A stretch of DNA of 64,000 nucleotides from Candidatus Latescibacterota bacterium (GTDB lineage Bacteria > Latescibacterota > UBA2968 > UBA8231): the NCBI GenBank assembly GCA_963422735.1, contig OY730476.1, positions 3,040,001 through 3,104,000 of the forward strand, given 5' to 3'. Positions 19,483 through 29,411 of the stretch are shown in pieces. The position numbers and the translations under genes are program-made. Each line of letters begins with the position of its first letter. The stretch's first letter is position 1. The notes below the pieces were generated by a model, which made no database searches, was not told the origin of the DNA, and saw nothing but the letters and a program-made list of their open reading frames with translations.

Positions 19483-19737
19483 TCAGGCTGCGTAGATGCT
19501 CACCCGCTTGCCTTTCTTGCCAAAAGCCTCAAATCGCACCTGCCCGTCAATTGTAGCGAAGAGCGTATCATCCCCACCCTTCTTGACATTGACGCCCGGA
19601 TGAATGCGCGTACCGCGTTGCCGCACGATAATCGTGCCTGCACTGACCTTCTCTCCGCCAAAGCACTTAACGCCCAGACGCTGGGCATTGCTATCGCGCC
19701 CGTTTTTAGAACTGCCGACGCCCTTTTTATGAGCCAT
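19483..19737 (-). CDS. rpmA: 50S ribosomal protein L27
   Basis: [16 protein letters not shown]. Confidence 0.98.
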   Translation of the reverse strand: MAHKKGVGSSKNGRDSNAQRLGVKCFGGEKVSAGTIIVRQRGTRIHPGVNVKKGGDDTLFATIDGQVRFEAFGKKGKRVSIYAA

Positions 19738-19757
19738 AATCCCTAGTCCTTTCGCAC

Positions 19758-20075
19758 TCAGTTTGGGAGAACGATGTCTTCGACCTGAATTTCGGTGTAG
19801 TCCTGACGGTGGCCGTTGCGCCGCCGGTACTTCTTGCGCCGCTTCTTCTTGAAAACGACTATCTTGTCGCCGCGGCCATGGCCGACGATCGCCGCCGAAA
19901 CACTGGCACCCTCGACCGTGGGGCTGCCAACCTTGATCTCGCCATCGTCGGAAACTAGCAGTACGTCGGTAAATTCCTGTATGCTACCTTCTTCGACCTG
20001 AAGCCGAGGTACGCGCAGACACTGGCCTCTGTCGACTTTGACCTGATGGCCGGCAATATTGACAACTACATACAT
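19758..20075 (-). CDS. rplU: 50S ribosomal protein L21
   Basis: [24 protein letters not shown]. Confidence 0.97.
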   Translation of the reverse strand: MYVVVNIAGHQVKVDRGQCLRVPRLQVEEGSIQEFTDVLLVSDDGEIKVGSPTVEGASVSAAIVGHGRGDKIVVFKKKRRKKYRRRNGHRQDYTEIQVEDIVLPN

Positions 20076-20151
20076 GAATTGCGCTCCTAACCTAAAGCTA
20101 CTCTGCAATTAACAGTGAAACGGTCAAAAATATAGGCCGGAACTCTTTCTG

Positions 20152-21675
20152 TCAAACCCGAAACTCGGCCGTCACATCTAGGCTGCGCTTAGTCGAGAAG
20201 AAACGATACTCTTGGGGCCCCAATGTGATATCGGTCTCTATTTGGAGACGAGCTTTGGTTGCCTTGCGCAACGACTTGAGCCGTTCCTCGCGGTTTTCTA
20301 GCATATAGGTGGCCACATCGGGATGGACCTTTAACACATAGCGCCTTTCGCGGGTAGCAGCATAGGAACGCTGAAGCCAGCGCTCAATCCAAGTCAGGGT
20401 TGTGTCTGGCCCCATAATCCGGCCCGTGCCACTGCAAATGGGACAAGGTTCACTATGAGTGTGCAAAAGGTTTGGACGGACGCGCTGGCGAGTCATTTCG
20501 ACCAAGCCAAACTCGCTAATGTGTGGGCTGATAGAGACTTTCGCCCGATCTCTTTTGAACTCCTCGACTAAGCAGCCAATGACCTTTTTGCGGTTGCGTT
20601 CCTCATTCATATCGATAAAGTCGATGACGATAATGCCGCCAATGTCGCGGAGCTTGAGCTGGCGGGCAATCTCACGGGCTGCCTTCATATTGGTATTAAG
20701 GTTGTTTTCCTCTTGGTCGTCCGAGCCAAGGTAACGGGCTGAATTCACATCGATAAAGGTCCCCGCCTCGGCGTAGTCGATGACCAAAGCTCCGCCCCGC
20801 CGCAACCACACTGTGCGGTTGGTCGCCTTCTCGATATCTTCCTCAATGTTGAAGGCATCGAAAATGGGCCGACGATCTCGGTAAAGCTCAACCCTTTGGC
20901 GCAACTCAGGTGAAACTTGTCGCAAATAAGCCGTGATCTCCTTATACAACTCTTTGCTATCGACGACTAGCCGTTCCACATTGTCAGTGAACAGGTCGCG
21001 TATTACGCTGGAGGTCATGCCCATTTCCTTGTACACTAAAGCAGGTACTCCGGCCTTCCTGCTGGTCTTGATCAGACGCTCGTGGTTTTTCACTAGCTGC
21101 TTCATATCGCGTTTGAACTCGCGATCACTCTGATTCTGTCCTTCGGTCCGCACGATTACTGAATAGCCATAGGGTTTGATATTGAATACTAGATCTCTCA
21201 ATCTTTTGCGTTCATTCCGACTAGTGATCTTGCGCGAGACACCAATCCAGTTGCCTCCTGGAACCAGCACCATAAAGCGACCCGGAAGCGATAGCTGAGT
21301 TGTCACACGGGCACCTTTAGTGCCTATGGGCTCTTTGGTGATCTGCACCAGCACCTCTTCGTCCTTCTTGATTAGGTTTCGAATATAAGGATAACCGCGA
21401 TGACGAGAGCGGCTCCCGTTACGCGTCCCATCGGTCTCTCCTCTATCTGCTTCCACCATATCGCGCACTTGGAGGAACGCAGTTCGGTCATGGCCTATCT
21501 CGACAAAGGCAGCCTGTAGGCTAGGCAAAACAGCCGCTACAATCCCTTTGTATATGTCCCCTACCGTCCGCTCATTTTCGGGTCTTTCGATCCAGACTTC
21601 AGCTAGACGCCCCTCTTCCAAGATGGCAATACGGGATTCGTGAATGCCTTGGTTAATAAAAATTTCTGTTCGCAC
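20152..21675 (-). CDS. Ribonuclease E/G family
   Basis: S1 domain (GDIYKG, QAAFVEIG), KEPIGTKGAR, IDVNS, DIGGIIVIDFIDM and the CPICSG zinc link. Confidence 0.95.
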   Translation of the reverse strand: MRTEIFINQGIHESRIAILEEGRLAEVWIERPENERTVGDIYKGIVAAVLPSLQAAFVEIGHDRTAFLQVRDMVEADRGETDGTRNGSRSRHRGYPYIRNLIKKDEEVLVQITKEPIGTKGARVTTQLSLPGRFMVLVPGGNWIGVSRKITSRNERKRLRDLVFNIKPYGYSVIVRTEGQNQSDREFKRDMKQLVKNHERLIKTSRKAGVPALVYKEMGMTSSVIRDLFTDNVERLVVDSKELYKEITAYLRQVSPELRQRVELYRDRRPIFDAFNIEEDIEKATNRTVWLRRGGALVIDYAEAGTFIDVNSARYLGSDDQEENNLNTNMKAAREIARQLKLRDIGGIIVIDFIDMNEERNRKKVIGCLVEEFKRDRAKVSISPHISEFGLVEMTRQRVRPNLLHTHSEPCPICSGTGRIMGPDTTLTWIERWLQRSYAATRERRYVLKVHPDVATYMLENREERLKSLRKATKARLQIETDITLGPQEYRFFSTKRSLDVTAEFRV

Positions 21676-21700
21676 GATCTGCCCTCACACTTAGTAGTCA

Positions 21701-21778
21701 TCATAGTAGATAGTAGGGAAGCAAGAGAAAAATCAAGCCGATGAAGAGAAAGGCCGACAGGGTCCGCTTATCTTCCAT
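21701..21778 (-). CDS. Putative 25-aa membrane peptide derived from the YidC N-terminus
   Basis: MEDKRTLSAFLFIGLIFLLLPYYLL*, with the same upstream initiation region as yidC. Confidence 0.4.
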   Translation of the reverse strand: MEDKRTLSAFLFIGLIFLLLPYYLL

Positions 21779-21804
21779 AGGTTCTACTTACTCTTTTATA
21801 AACA
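21710..21804. repeat. 95-bp direct repeat, copy of 29087-29181 (yidC 5' region)
   Basis: 92/95 identical by eye; all three differences are transitions. Confidence 0.95.
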
Positions 21805-21857
21805 TAGTATTAGTATAGACATAGTATAGACGATTTCAAAGCCCCGCTTATCGCCGT

Positions 21858-23705
21858 TCATTTAGCTTTTTCTACGTCCAATACCCCCAAATACTGGTTT
21901 TGGTCTCCGAGCACTTCTATCGCCTTCGCTAGCTGTGCATCCTCCTGCAATTCTTCGAGGAGTTGGGCTTTTCTTCCTCTGAAACGCAAGACCAATTCTC
22001 GACGTAAAGCACTCTTTATATAAGGCTCTAACTTGCGGCTATACCGCTGGTCCCACTCCTGCCTCACCGCTGCTTTTAGCTGGTGGATCGACTCCTGTGC
22101 CGCCTTACCCCAAGCCATTTCCTCAGCCAAGTCCTCAAGTTCTTCTATTTGACTCAACCCTTCTCGGCGTTGATTCAGACTTCTGTCCTTCGTGCGGACG
22201 AACTCCATAAAGCTCCTAACCATCTCATCGCTGACGGTCAAGCCTGGATGTTCTTCATCCCAAGACGAGTCGGTTGACACATAATCTATGACAAAGTCAA
22301 AGAAGAGCCGGCGACGCTCTAACTCTTGTACGTAGGGAGGAAATGGTTCCGGCTTAATACTAATATCTGGCTTAATACCGCCGCCGAAGACCTTGCGACC
22401 TCGCTGGGTATAATAGGTTCGGCTTGAAATACTATCCGGTAATCCAGCCGCTTCTATCTTGGATTTACCCACTAAATCGCCCAAACGGATCAAGAGAACG
22501 CTCTCTGCGGACTCAGAATCCATATCAAAATGAGATTGGAGTGCAGAAAGGGCCTTAGCCCTATTCTCTGAACGCAAAACGAGATCCATCACTAGCTGAT
22601 GAGGCAGTTCCCTATCGCCGAACAGAACGCGATGTACCGGCCTAGATATATCCTGTTCGCGGTGGATACTACGCCCACTTGGCGCGTAGTAGAGTGCCGT
22701 CGTCAGCTTCAAAGCACTAGGCGCTTCTTCGCGCAGGTCGAATATGGTCTGTACCGAACCTTTGCCAAATGATGCCGCTCCGACAATCACTCCTCGATCA
22801 TTGTCTTGGATGGCTCCGGCAACGATTTCGGACGCACTGGCACTACCCTCGTCAATCAGAACGACCAAGGGTATATCTCGCGCAATAGAGTGGCGGTGGG
22901 AATACTCGACTTCTTCTCTCCGCCCCTCGCGTTCCTTAATAGAAACGATCGGCACCCCTTGGGGTAAAAACAAATCCGCAACTTGGGCGGCTTGCCTAAA
23001 CAAGCCCCCTGGATTTCCTCTCAGGTCTAAAATTAGCCCTTCAACCCGAGGGAGGCTTTTTATTGCCTCTTCTACTTCACTGGAGGTATGCTCGGAAAAA
23101 CGCGTCCGGCGCATACTTATATAACCTATTTTGCCTTTGAGCTCCTCTACCAGCACAACGCTCTTGATCCTGATAATTTCCCTTTGAATTTCAACTTCGC
23201 GCGGCGTTGCTCCCAAGTGGGTGGCGACCGATATTGCGACCTTTGTGCTAGGGTTCCCGCGTAGTGCATTGACCACAGACTCAAGCTGCATATCCAAGGT
23301 ACTTTTGCCCTCAACGGCGACGATCAAGTCGCCCGGTCTTAGCCCCGCCCGAAAGGCAGGAGCATCCTCAATAGGAGAAATTACCACAGGAAAACGATCT
23401 TTTATGGCAACCGTAATCCCCAACCCCGCGAACTTGCCCGTCGTGTCTTGGCGTAACTGGCGCAAACCTTCCTCGTCGAAGTACTCGCTGTATGGATCGA
23501 GCTGGCCGAGCATGCCCTTGATGGCTGCGCTCATAATTTCCTCTTGGTCCAGACTGGAGTAGTAGTTTTCCAGAATACGCGAATACACTGCCCCAAAACG
23601 TTCCCAACTGGCATTTACCTCAGCATATGGATCTTCCGTAGTCGCAGCATGGATTGAGCCCCTACTGGAAAACAAACAAATCAATCCCACTAAAATGTGT
23701 CGCAT
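21858..23705 (-). CDS. C-terminal processing protease (S41, CtpA/Prc-like)
   Basis: LDPYS, PDZ domain, LDLRGNPGG, SASASEIVAGA and FGKGSVQ. Confidence 0.93.
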   Translation of the reverse strand: MRHILVGLICLFSSRGSIHAATTEDPYAEVNASWERFGAVYSRILENYYSSLDQEEIMSAAIKGMLGQLDPYSEYFDEEGLRQLRQDTTGKFAGLGITVAIKDRFPVVISPIEDAPAFRAGLRPGDLIVAVEGKSTLDMQLESVVNALRGNPSTKVAISVATHLGATPREVEIQREIIRIKSVVLVEELKGKIGYISMRRTRFSEHTSSEVEEAIKSLPRVEGLILDLRGNPGGLFRQAAQVADLFLPQGVPIVSIKEREGRREEVEYSHRHSIARDIPLVVLIDEGSASASEIVAGAIQDNDRGVIVGAASFGKGSVQTIFDLREEAPSALKLTTALYYAPSGRSIHREQDISRPVHRVLFGDRELPHQLVMDLVLRSENRAKALSALQSHFDMDSESAESVLLIRLGDLVGKSKIEAAGLPDSISSRTYYTQRGRKVFGGGIKPDISIKPEPFPPYVQELERRRLFFDFVIDYVSTDSSWDEEHPGLTVSDEMVRSFMEFVRTKDRSLNQRREGLSQIEELEDLAEEMAWGKAAQESIHQLKAAVRQEWDQRYSRKLEPYIKSALRRELVLRFRGRKAQLLEELQEDAQLAKAIEVLGDQNQYLGVLDVEKAK

Positions 23706-23707
23706 AA

Positions 23708-24349
23708 TTACCTTTTCTCCTCTGGAAACCACGACCACTGCTGGCGCAGCACACCCTGAATCCTTTTAGCTAGTCGATCCATCTCGAGCTGTGCGTCAAA
23801 AACCAAACCTGCTGGATCTTTTTCGGATATCTCTTGGTAACCTCGGGCGACCTTCTTTTGTAGTGCTATCCCTGTTTGCTCTAACCGATCCGCGATGTCC
23901 CGTCGCCTTAGGCGTGCCCAAGCCACTTCTACGGGCAAGACCAAGTATATTGTCGCGTCCGGCAAATACTCCCCTACTGCCAGCCGATTAACTTGTTTAA
24001 TTGCTGCCGAGTCCAAACCTCGCCCATACCCCTGGTAGGCTAGTGATGATGCAATGTAGCGATCACAAATAACCACATCCCCTCGATTAAGCGACGGTAA
24101 TATTACTTCTTCCACGTGCTGTGAACGACTAGCTGCGCAGAGGAAGAGTTCCGCCGTAGGGGATATACCCTCTAGGCTCGGATCGAGAACAAGCTGGCGA
24201 ATTCTCTCTGCGATCGGCGTCCCTCCCGGTTCTCTGGTTAGTGTAACCGGAAGACCTGCTTCCCTTAAATACGACGCGAGCATGTGGGATTGGGTTGTAG
24301 TTCCACTGCCATCGACTCCTTCAAAAACGATGAAATGACCCCGGGACAC
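23708..24349 (-). CDS. tmk: Thymidylate kinase
   Basis: FEGVDGSG, TREPGGT and DRYIASSLAYQG. Confidence 0.95.
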   Translation of the reverse strand: MSRGHFIVFEGVDGSGTTTQSHMLASYLREAGLPVTLTREPGGTPIAERIRQLVLDPSLEGISPTAELFLCAASRSQHVEEVILPSLNRGDVVICDRYIASSLAYQGYGRGLDSAAIKQVNRLAVGEYLPDATIYLVLPVEVAWARLRRRDIADRLEQTGIALQKKVARGYQEISEKDPAGLVFDAQLEMDRLAKRIQGVLRQQWSWFPEEKR

Positions 24350-24389
24350 GATGGCAGGAGAAACGCAAGAAAGCCCGATCAGCCCCTTA

Positions 24390-25007
24390 TCAGGACTGCT
24401 GAACTGAGGCGGGCGAGTTGGGACCAGATTTCAGCCTATTGCGAATATGAGCGAGGCGCTCAACAACCGTATAGTTGGTCGTAACGGCTAGTAAAACCAG
24501 CACAAAAACCAAACCCTGATGGCCCATCAGGCTCCCTAAGGCCAAGGCGATTAGACGTTCAGGACGCTGCATGAAGCCCACCTTACAATCCTCGCCCAAC
24601 CCCTCTGCTCGCGCCCTTACATAACTAACCATCAGCGAACCAGTAATTGCAAAAAAGAGGATCCCCGAGGGAACCCACTCATCGCGGCCAATCAAATACG
24701 CACCTATTCCAAAGTAAATAAATATCTCAGAGTATCGATCTGTAGTCGAATCCAATAAGGCTCCGAACTTGGTCTCCTTATGGCCTTCTCTTGCAACTTG
24801 TCCATCCAGAATATCGCAAAGACCCGCAACCATCATGATGAAAGCTCCCCATTGTAAATAACCCTTGGCAAAAGCCGCAGTTGCCCCCACGTTCATAAAT
24901 AATCCCATCAGCGTCAGCCAATCAGGTCTGAAGCCCAAGCGAATAAACAAACGAGTCAACGGTCTAAGGACGACCAAACACCACTTTTTCAGATATTTAT
25001 CTATCAA
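24390..25007 (-). CDS. CDP-alcohol phosphatidyltransferase
   Basis: DILDGQVAR..FGALLDSTTDR signature. Confidence 0.92.
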   Translation of the reverse strand: MIDKYLKKWCLVVLRPLTRLFIRLGFRPDWLTLMGLFMNVGATAAFAKGYLQWGAFIMMVAGLCDILDGQVAREGHKETKFGALLDSTTDRYSEIFIYFGIGAYLIGRDEWVPSGILFFAITGSLMVSYVRARAEGLGEDCKVGFMQRPERLIALALGSLMGHQGLVFVLVLLAVTTNYTVVERLAHIRNRLKSGPNSPASVQQS

Positions 25008-25120
25008 AAAAGAACCTATTTTGTCGGGGCTTGGGAGGCCATTGAGAATCCATGTCCTCGGGAGCTAAGATAAAAATATACTTGCTTTTTTGTTTTCTTC
25101 CAAAGGATTTTACCTTATAG

Positions 25121-25266
25121 TTTTCCACATCTTGCGGACAAGTTTTCCACATATACCTTATCGACTCTACGCAATATCTCCGTGAATCGCAACCTATCTA
25201 TTGGTTAAAATTAGACATATAAACCTAAAAAAGGGCCTAATTGTGACTGTGGATAAGTGTGGGTAA
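25121..25266. promoter_or_regulatory. DnaA-box cluster outside the dnaA-dnaN origin
   Basis: TTTTCCACA at 25121 and 25143, TGTGGATAA at 25248 and TGTGGGTAA at 25258, in AT-rich DNA. Confidence 0.7.
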
Positions 25267-25324
25267 AACTACTCTCGGAATGTCCAGCCACTTTGGACCT
25301 ACGAGACCTGCTGAGCTATCAATG

Positions 25325-25948
25325 TTAGCAATTAGTGGCGTAGAATAGCCCCAATGTACTCCCGACTCGATCCGTCCTCCATGCCAACAATTCTGAATGA
25401 TCAGCATCTTTTTCAAGCGTTGAAAGAATCCAACCATGAGGAGATAAATGTCCTTGTACTAAATCAAGCAGTTTATCCGGGGAAGCCACCGCCCGCGCAG
25501 TGACCAAATCCGCTCCCACAGGATTCAAATTCTCTATTCGGTCGTTTACAACCTCTATGCGGTCAAGCCCCACAGATCGCACAACCTCCCTGAGAAAGTG
25601 CGCCCGCTTCCTCCTGCTCTCGACAAGCATAAAGTATGAGTCGGGAAGAGCGATCTTCAATGGAATAGCCGGAAATCCAGCTCCTGATCCCAGATCCATA
25701 ACCAGCCGACGAGGAATGCTTGCCACAACCGGGACTATAGTCAACGCCTGTCTCAAGTGCTTCGTTGCTAGGACGGACCAATCTTGCGGAGAGACAAGGT
25801 TGACTCTTCTCGACCACCGACTCAAGAGATATAGATATATTTCCAACTTAGGCCAGACATCCTCAAAATCAAAAAAACAAGAGAGAATTCCTTTTCTCTT
25901 TAACTGATCAAAATCCTTACGAATCTTAGAGGACAGTTGAATTACCAT
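25325..25948 (-). CDS. rsmG: 16S rRNA m7G527 methyltransferase
   Basis: DLGSGAGFPAIPL, LVESRRKR and VTARAVA. Confidence 0.93.
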   Translation of the reverse strand: MVIQLSSKIRKDFDQLKRKGILSCFFDFEDVWPKLEIYLYLLSRWSRRVNLVSPQDWSVLATKHLRQALTIVPVVASIPRRLVMDLGSGAGFPAIPLKIALPDSYFMLVESRRKRAHFLREVVRSVGLDRIEVVNDRIENLNPVGADLVTARAVASPDKLLDLVQGHLSPHGWILSTLEKDADHSELLAWRTDRVGSTLGLFYATNC

Positions 25949-25957
25949 ATCAAAACA

Positions 25958-25973
25958 CGTTCCACGTGAAACA
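25958..25973. promoter_or_regulatory. parS site
   Basis: CGTTCCACGTGAAACA compared with the consensus TGTTTCACGTGAAACA. Confidence 0.85.
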
Positions 25974-26039
25974 TTGAATATCTTATCAACTTATCAACAT
26001 GGTCACGAAATCTTCCAATCCATATCGAGCCAGCTCAAG

Positions 26040-26055
26040 TGTTCCATGTGAAACA
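26040..26055. promoter_or_regulatory. parS site
   Basis: TGTTCCATGTGAAACA. Confidence 0.85.
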
Positions 26056-26061
26056 TTACTA

Positions 26062-27423
26062 TTACTTGCCGATGCAAAATTGGGAAAAGATGGTATCGAG
26101 AACCTCATCTTCTACTGTCTCTCCCAGCATCTCCGCTAGAGCATTCAAGGCATCTTGAAGCTCGGCCACGACGCACTCATCGGGCTGGCTGGATATCAGA
26201 AGTTCCTCTGCTACAGAACTGGATTTAGCTACCCGCAAGAGGCAATCTTGGTGGCGTTGACGGGTAATCCCGATTCCATCTATTTCCCCTCTCTGGGGCA
26301 ATAGGGCTGTCACTTCCTTCTTCAACTCTTCAATATCGAACCCCCTAAGTGCTGATATTTCAACGGATATTGAGGTCCGTGATTTGATCTTAGGTCTAGT
26401 ACTAGTACCCGGCAAATCAATCTTGTTGAAGACAGCAATGGATTTCTTATCAGACGGGAGCAGGTCCAACACAGCCATATCGTCCTCACACGACTCAGTC
26501 GAACTGTCAAATACCACTAAAACCACGTCAGCTTCCTCAACCGCTTGCGAGGCTCGTTCAATTCCCTCTTTTTCGATCAGGTTATGGCTTTGCCTAATCC
26601 CAGCCGTATCGACCAGCCGTATCGTCTCTCCTGCCCATGTAGTCCGACCTTCTACTAAATCTCGCGTCGTTCCTGGTAAGGGAGTGACTATGGCCCGATC
26701 TTCGCCGAGCAAAACGTTGAGCAACGTGGACTTACCTACGTTGGGATGCCCGATAAGCACTACTAAATATCCTTCTTGACGGCGCCTTGTTCCCTCGAAT
26801 GTTTCAGCAAGCCGCAAAGAGGACGCAACTACCTCGCGCAGCGCGATCTGTATTTCTTGACGCCCTATATCATTGATGTCTTCGTCGGAAAAATCGAGCC
26901 CGACCTCGAGCAGTGATAGTATCTTAACCAACTGCCTCTTAAGCTCTTTTATCATCTTAGATAGACGGCCACTGGCCAAGCCATAGGCACTATCGAGATG
27001 AGCTTTAGAGCTGGCCTGGATGAGGTCAATTACAGCTTCAGCTTCTAATAAATCCAAATGGCCATTGAGAAACGCTCGACGGGTAAACTCACCTGGGGCG
27101 GCGGCGGCAGCACCTAAGCTAATCGCTTCCTCAACGACAGACTCTAATACGACTGCACTTCCGTGGCAGCTAATCTCGACAGTATCTTCACCGGTATAAG
27201 AGTGAGGAGCTACAAAGACCCAAGCGACTCCGGTGTCGATTTCCCGACCGCCAGCCCATATACGCCCATATTCGACGTATCGGACTCGCTTACCTAGTGG
27301 TGGACGGGACCGAAAAATCTGCTGGCTAATAGATAGGGCTTCAGGCCCACTCAAACGCACTATCCCAATTCCCCCCTCCCCCCGTGGCGTTGAGATCGCG
27401 ACAACAGTACCGGTATGTATCAA
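26062..27423 (-). CDS. mnmE: tRNA modification GTPase MnmE
   Basis: SYTGED, GHPNVGKS, GTTRD, DTAG, NKID and C-terminal FCIGK; start uncertain (TTG 27423). Confidence 0.96.
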   Translation of the reverse strand: MIHTGTVVAISTPRGEGGIGIVRLSGPEALSISQQIFRSRPPLGKRVRYVEYGRIWAGGREIDTGVAWVFVAPHSYTGEDTVEISCHGSAVVLESVVEEAISLGAAAAAPGEFTRRAFLNGHLDLLEAEAVIDLIQASSKAHLDSAYGLASGRLSKMIKELKRQLVKILSLLEVGLDFSDEDINDIGRQEIQIALREVVASSLRLAETFEGTRRRQEGYLVVLIGHPNVGKSTLLNVLLGEDRAIVTPLPGTTRDLVEGRTTWAGETIRLVDTAGIRQSHNLIEKEGIERASQAVEEADVVLVVFDSSTESCEDDMAVLDLLPSDKKSIAVFNKIDLPGTSTRPKIKSRTSISVEISALRGFDIEELKKEVTALLPQRGEIDGIGITRQRHQDCLLRVAKSSSVAEELLISSQPDECVVAELQDALNALAEMLGETVEDEVLDTIFSQFCIGK

Positions 27424-27445
27424 GGAATCGAGATCCGGCTGAAAT

Positions 27446-29155
27446 TCAAGCGCTGGAAGGAACTGCTTCTTTCTTAAAATGATTGACCAATAGCTGTTGG
27501 CCAATGGTCAAGACATTGAAGGTAGTCCAGTAGAGCACTAATCCCGATGACATGCTCCAAAAGACAAAAATCATCACTGCCGGCATCATGTAAACTAGAA
27601 CGGCCTGTTTGGGATCCTTCATAGTCATCTTTTGTTGGATAAGCATGGAGACAGCCATCAATAATGGCAGGACATGAAGACCGAAACTGCCAATTATCAA
27701 CTCGTCAGGAAGGGAGAGATCCTGTATCCAAAGAGTAAAGGGTGCTTGGCGCAACTCGATTGTTTTGCCAAAAAGGTTGTAGAGCGAAATGAAAATGGGC
27801 ATCTGCAACAAAAGAGGTAAACACCCCCCGAGAGGATTGACGCCTTCTTCTTTATAAAGCTTCATGGTTTCGCGGCTCAGGCGTTGGTTGTCGTTCTTGT
27901 ATTTATCGCGCAGTGCCGCAATCTTGGGCTGGATCTCCTGCATTTTCGCCGCGGACTCATAGGTTTTGTGCGTAAGCGGGTAGACTATAATCTTAATGAC
28001 AACGGCGAAAAGGACGATGATCCAACCATAGTTGGGGATATATTGATACGTCGCTATGAACAGAATGAGCAGAAAGCGGCTTATTTGACTTACGATCGGC
28101 CATCCGAAATCAATGGCCTGCTCTAGTTCAGCATCATAGCCGATGAGCTCGTCGTAGTTGAGTGGGCCTAGATAAATGGTGTTATTCCAAGAACCAGATT
28201 GTTCAAGTCGCCGACCTATCTGAAAAGAATAGTCGGGTTCGGCCCTCGCCAATTGGTTATTGCCCTGCAGAACGACGCGAGAACGCTGCTCTCTATCGGC
28301 CGGGACGCAGGAAATCAAGAAGTACTTGTTGCGAATACCCGCCCATTTTAGTAATCCCTTGTCCTCCAACTCGTCCGTTTCCCCATCATCTACCTTGAGT
28401 TCGATCCGTTCTTCGTTGATATAGGCGAAAGCCCGCATTTCGGGTAGGTCAATTTCCAGCTCACGCTCAGTAAACGCTATGCCGTTTTCCCAAGTGAGTA
28501 TGGCTTCGGTATCGTCGTCAAACCCTTCGTGGCGCATCTGGAGATCGAATCCATAGCGGTCCCCATTAAAGGTCAATACCTTTTCAAGTCTCTTGCCGCC
28601 GAGTCGGGCAACCATAGTTAAGGTGCGCTCTTCACCGGGTCCTACTTGCAGACTCGACTGGTTAGCAACAAACTCCGCCGAGGAGATATCCTCCCTGTGG
28701 TTTGCTCTTTGCAGGTGAATTCCCAAGCCGCTGCCGGCTGGAGGCAGCAGTTCGATGATACTTCCATCTACATATCTGTATTTTAAGAGTTTACACGATA
28801 TAATAGTGCCGCCCTTTGTAGAGATAACAAAACTCTGAAGCGGAGTTTGTACTACAATCTCTTCTGGGATAAAGGAGGGGCTTTCGGCCGATTCTATTCT
28901 TTCAATACCCTGAGATTTGACGGGTGATAGTCCTTCCGAATGGAGATATTCCGCAGGCTCGGGATCTCGTATGCGCTCTACCTCAGATTGCTCGTCAGCA
29001 ACAGGTTCTGTTTTAGGCACCGGCTTTTGCGGCACGGATTCCTGAGACGGAGGCTGGGGCTTAGGATTCAGCCCCAGCCATTCATTATAGTAGGGAAGCA
29101 AGAGGAAAATCAAGCCGATGAAGAGAAAGGCCAACAGGGTCCGCTTATCTTCCAT
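27446..29155 (-). CDS. yidC: Membrane protein insertase YidC
   Basis: NYGWIIV, GVNPLGGCLPLLLQMPIF, WIQDLS and GLVLYW. Confidence 0.96.
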   Translation of the reverse strand: MEDKRTLLAFLFIGLIFLLLPYYNEWLGLNPKPQPPSQESVPQKPVPKTEPVADEQSEVERIRDPEPAEYLHSEGLSPVKSQGIERIESAESPSFIPEEIVVQTPLQSFVISTKGGTIISCKLLKYRYVDGSIIELLPPAGSGLGIHLQRANHREDISSAEFVANQSSLQVGPGEERTLTMVARLGGKRLEKVLTFNGDRYGFDLQMRHEGFDDDTEAILTWENGIAFTERELEIDLPEMRAFAYINEERIELKVDDGETDELEDKGLLKWAGIRNKYFLISCVPADREQRSRVVLQGNNQLARAEPDYSFQIGRRLEQSGSWNNTIYLGPLNYDELIGYDAELEQAIDFGWPIVSQISRFLLILFIATYQYIPNYGWIIVLFAVVIKIIVYPLTHKTYESAAKMQEIQPKIAALRDKYKNDNQRLSRETMKLYKEEGVNPLGGCLPLLLQMPIFISLYNLFGKTIELRQAPFTLWIQDLSLPDELIIGSFGLHVLPLLMAVSMLIQQKMTMKDPKQAVLVYMMPAVMIFVFWSMSSGLVLYWTTFNVLTIGQQLLVNHFKKEAVPSSA

Positions 29156-29201
29156 AGGTTCTACTTACCCTTTTATAAACAACGTGTTATTAACATATTA
29201 C

Positions 29202-29411
29202 TTAGCGCAAAGGATCGTATCCATGCCCTCCCCAAGGATGGCATCGACCAATCCGCTTTAGCGTAAGCATCCCGCCTTTGAACAGTCCGTACTTATCTAG
29301 TGCTTCTTCGGCATATTGGGAACAAGTAGGTCGATAACGACAGGATGGAGGAAAGTATGGAGACAGGAGAAGACGGTAGGCGCGGACGACGAGAAGGACG
29401 ATTTGCTTCAT
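29202..29411 (-). CDS. yidD: Membrane protein insertion efficiency factor
   Basis: [11 protein letters not shown] and [12 protein letters not shown]. Confidence 0.95.
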   Translation of the reverse strand: MKQIVLLVVRAYRLLLSPYFPPSCRYRPTCSQYAEEALDKYGLFKGGMLTLKRIGRCHPWGGHGYDPLR

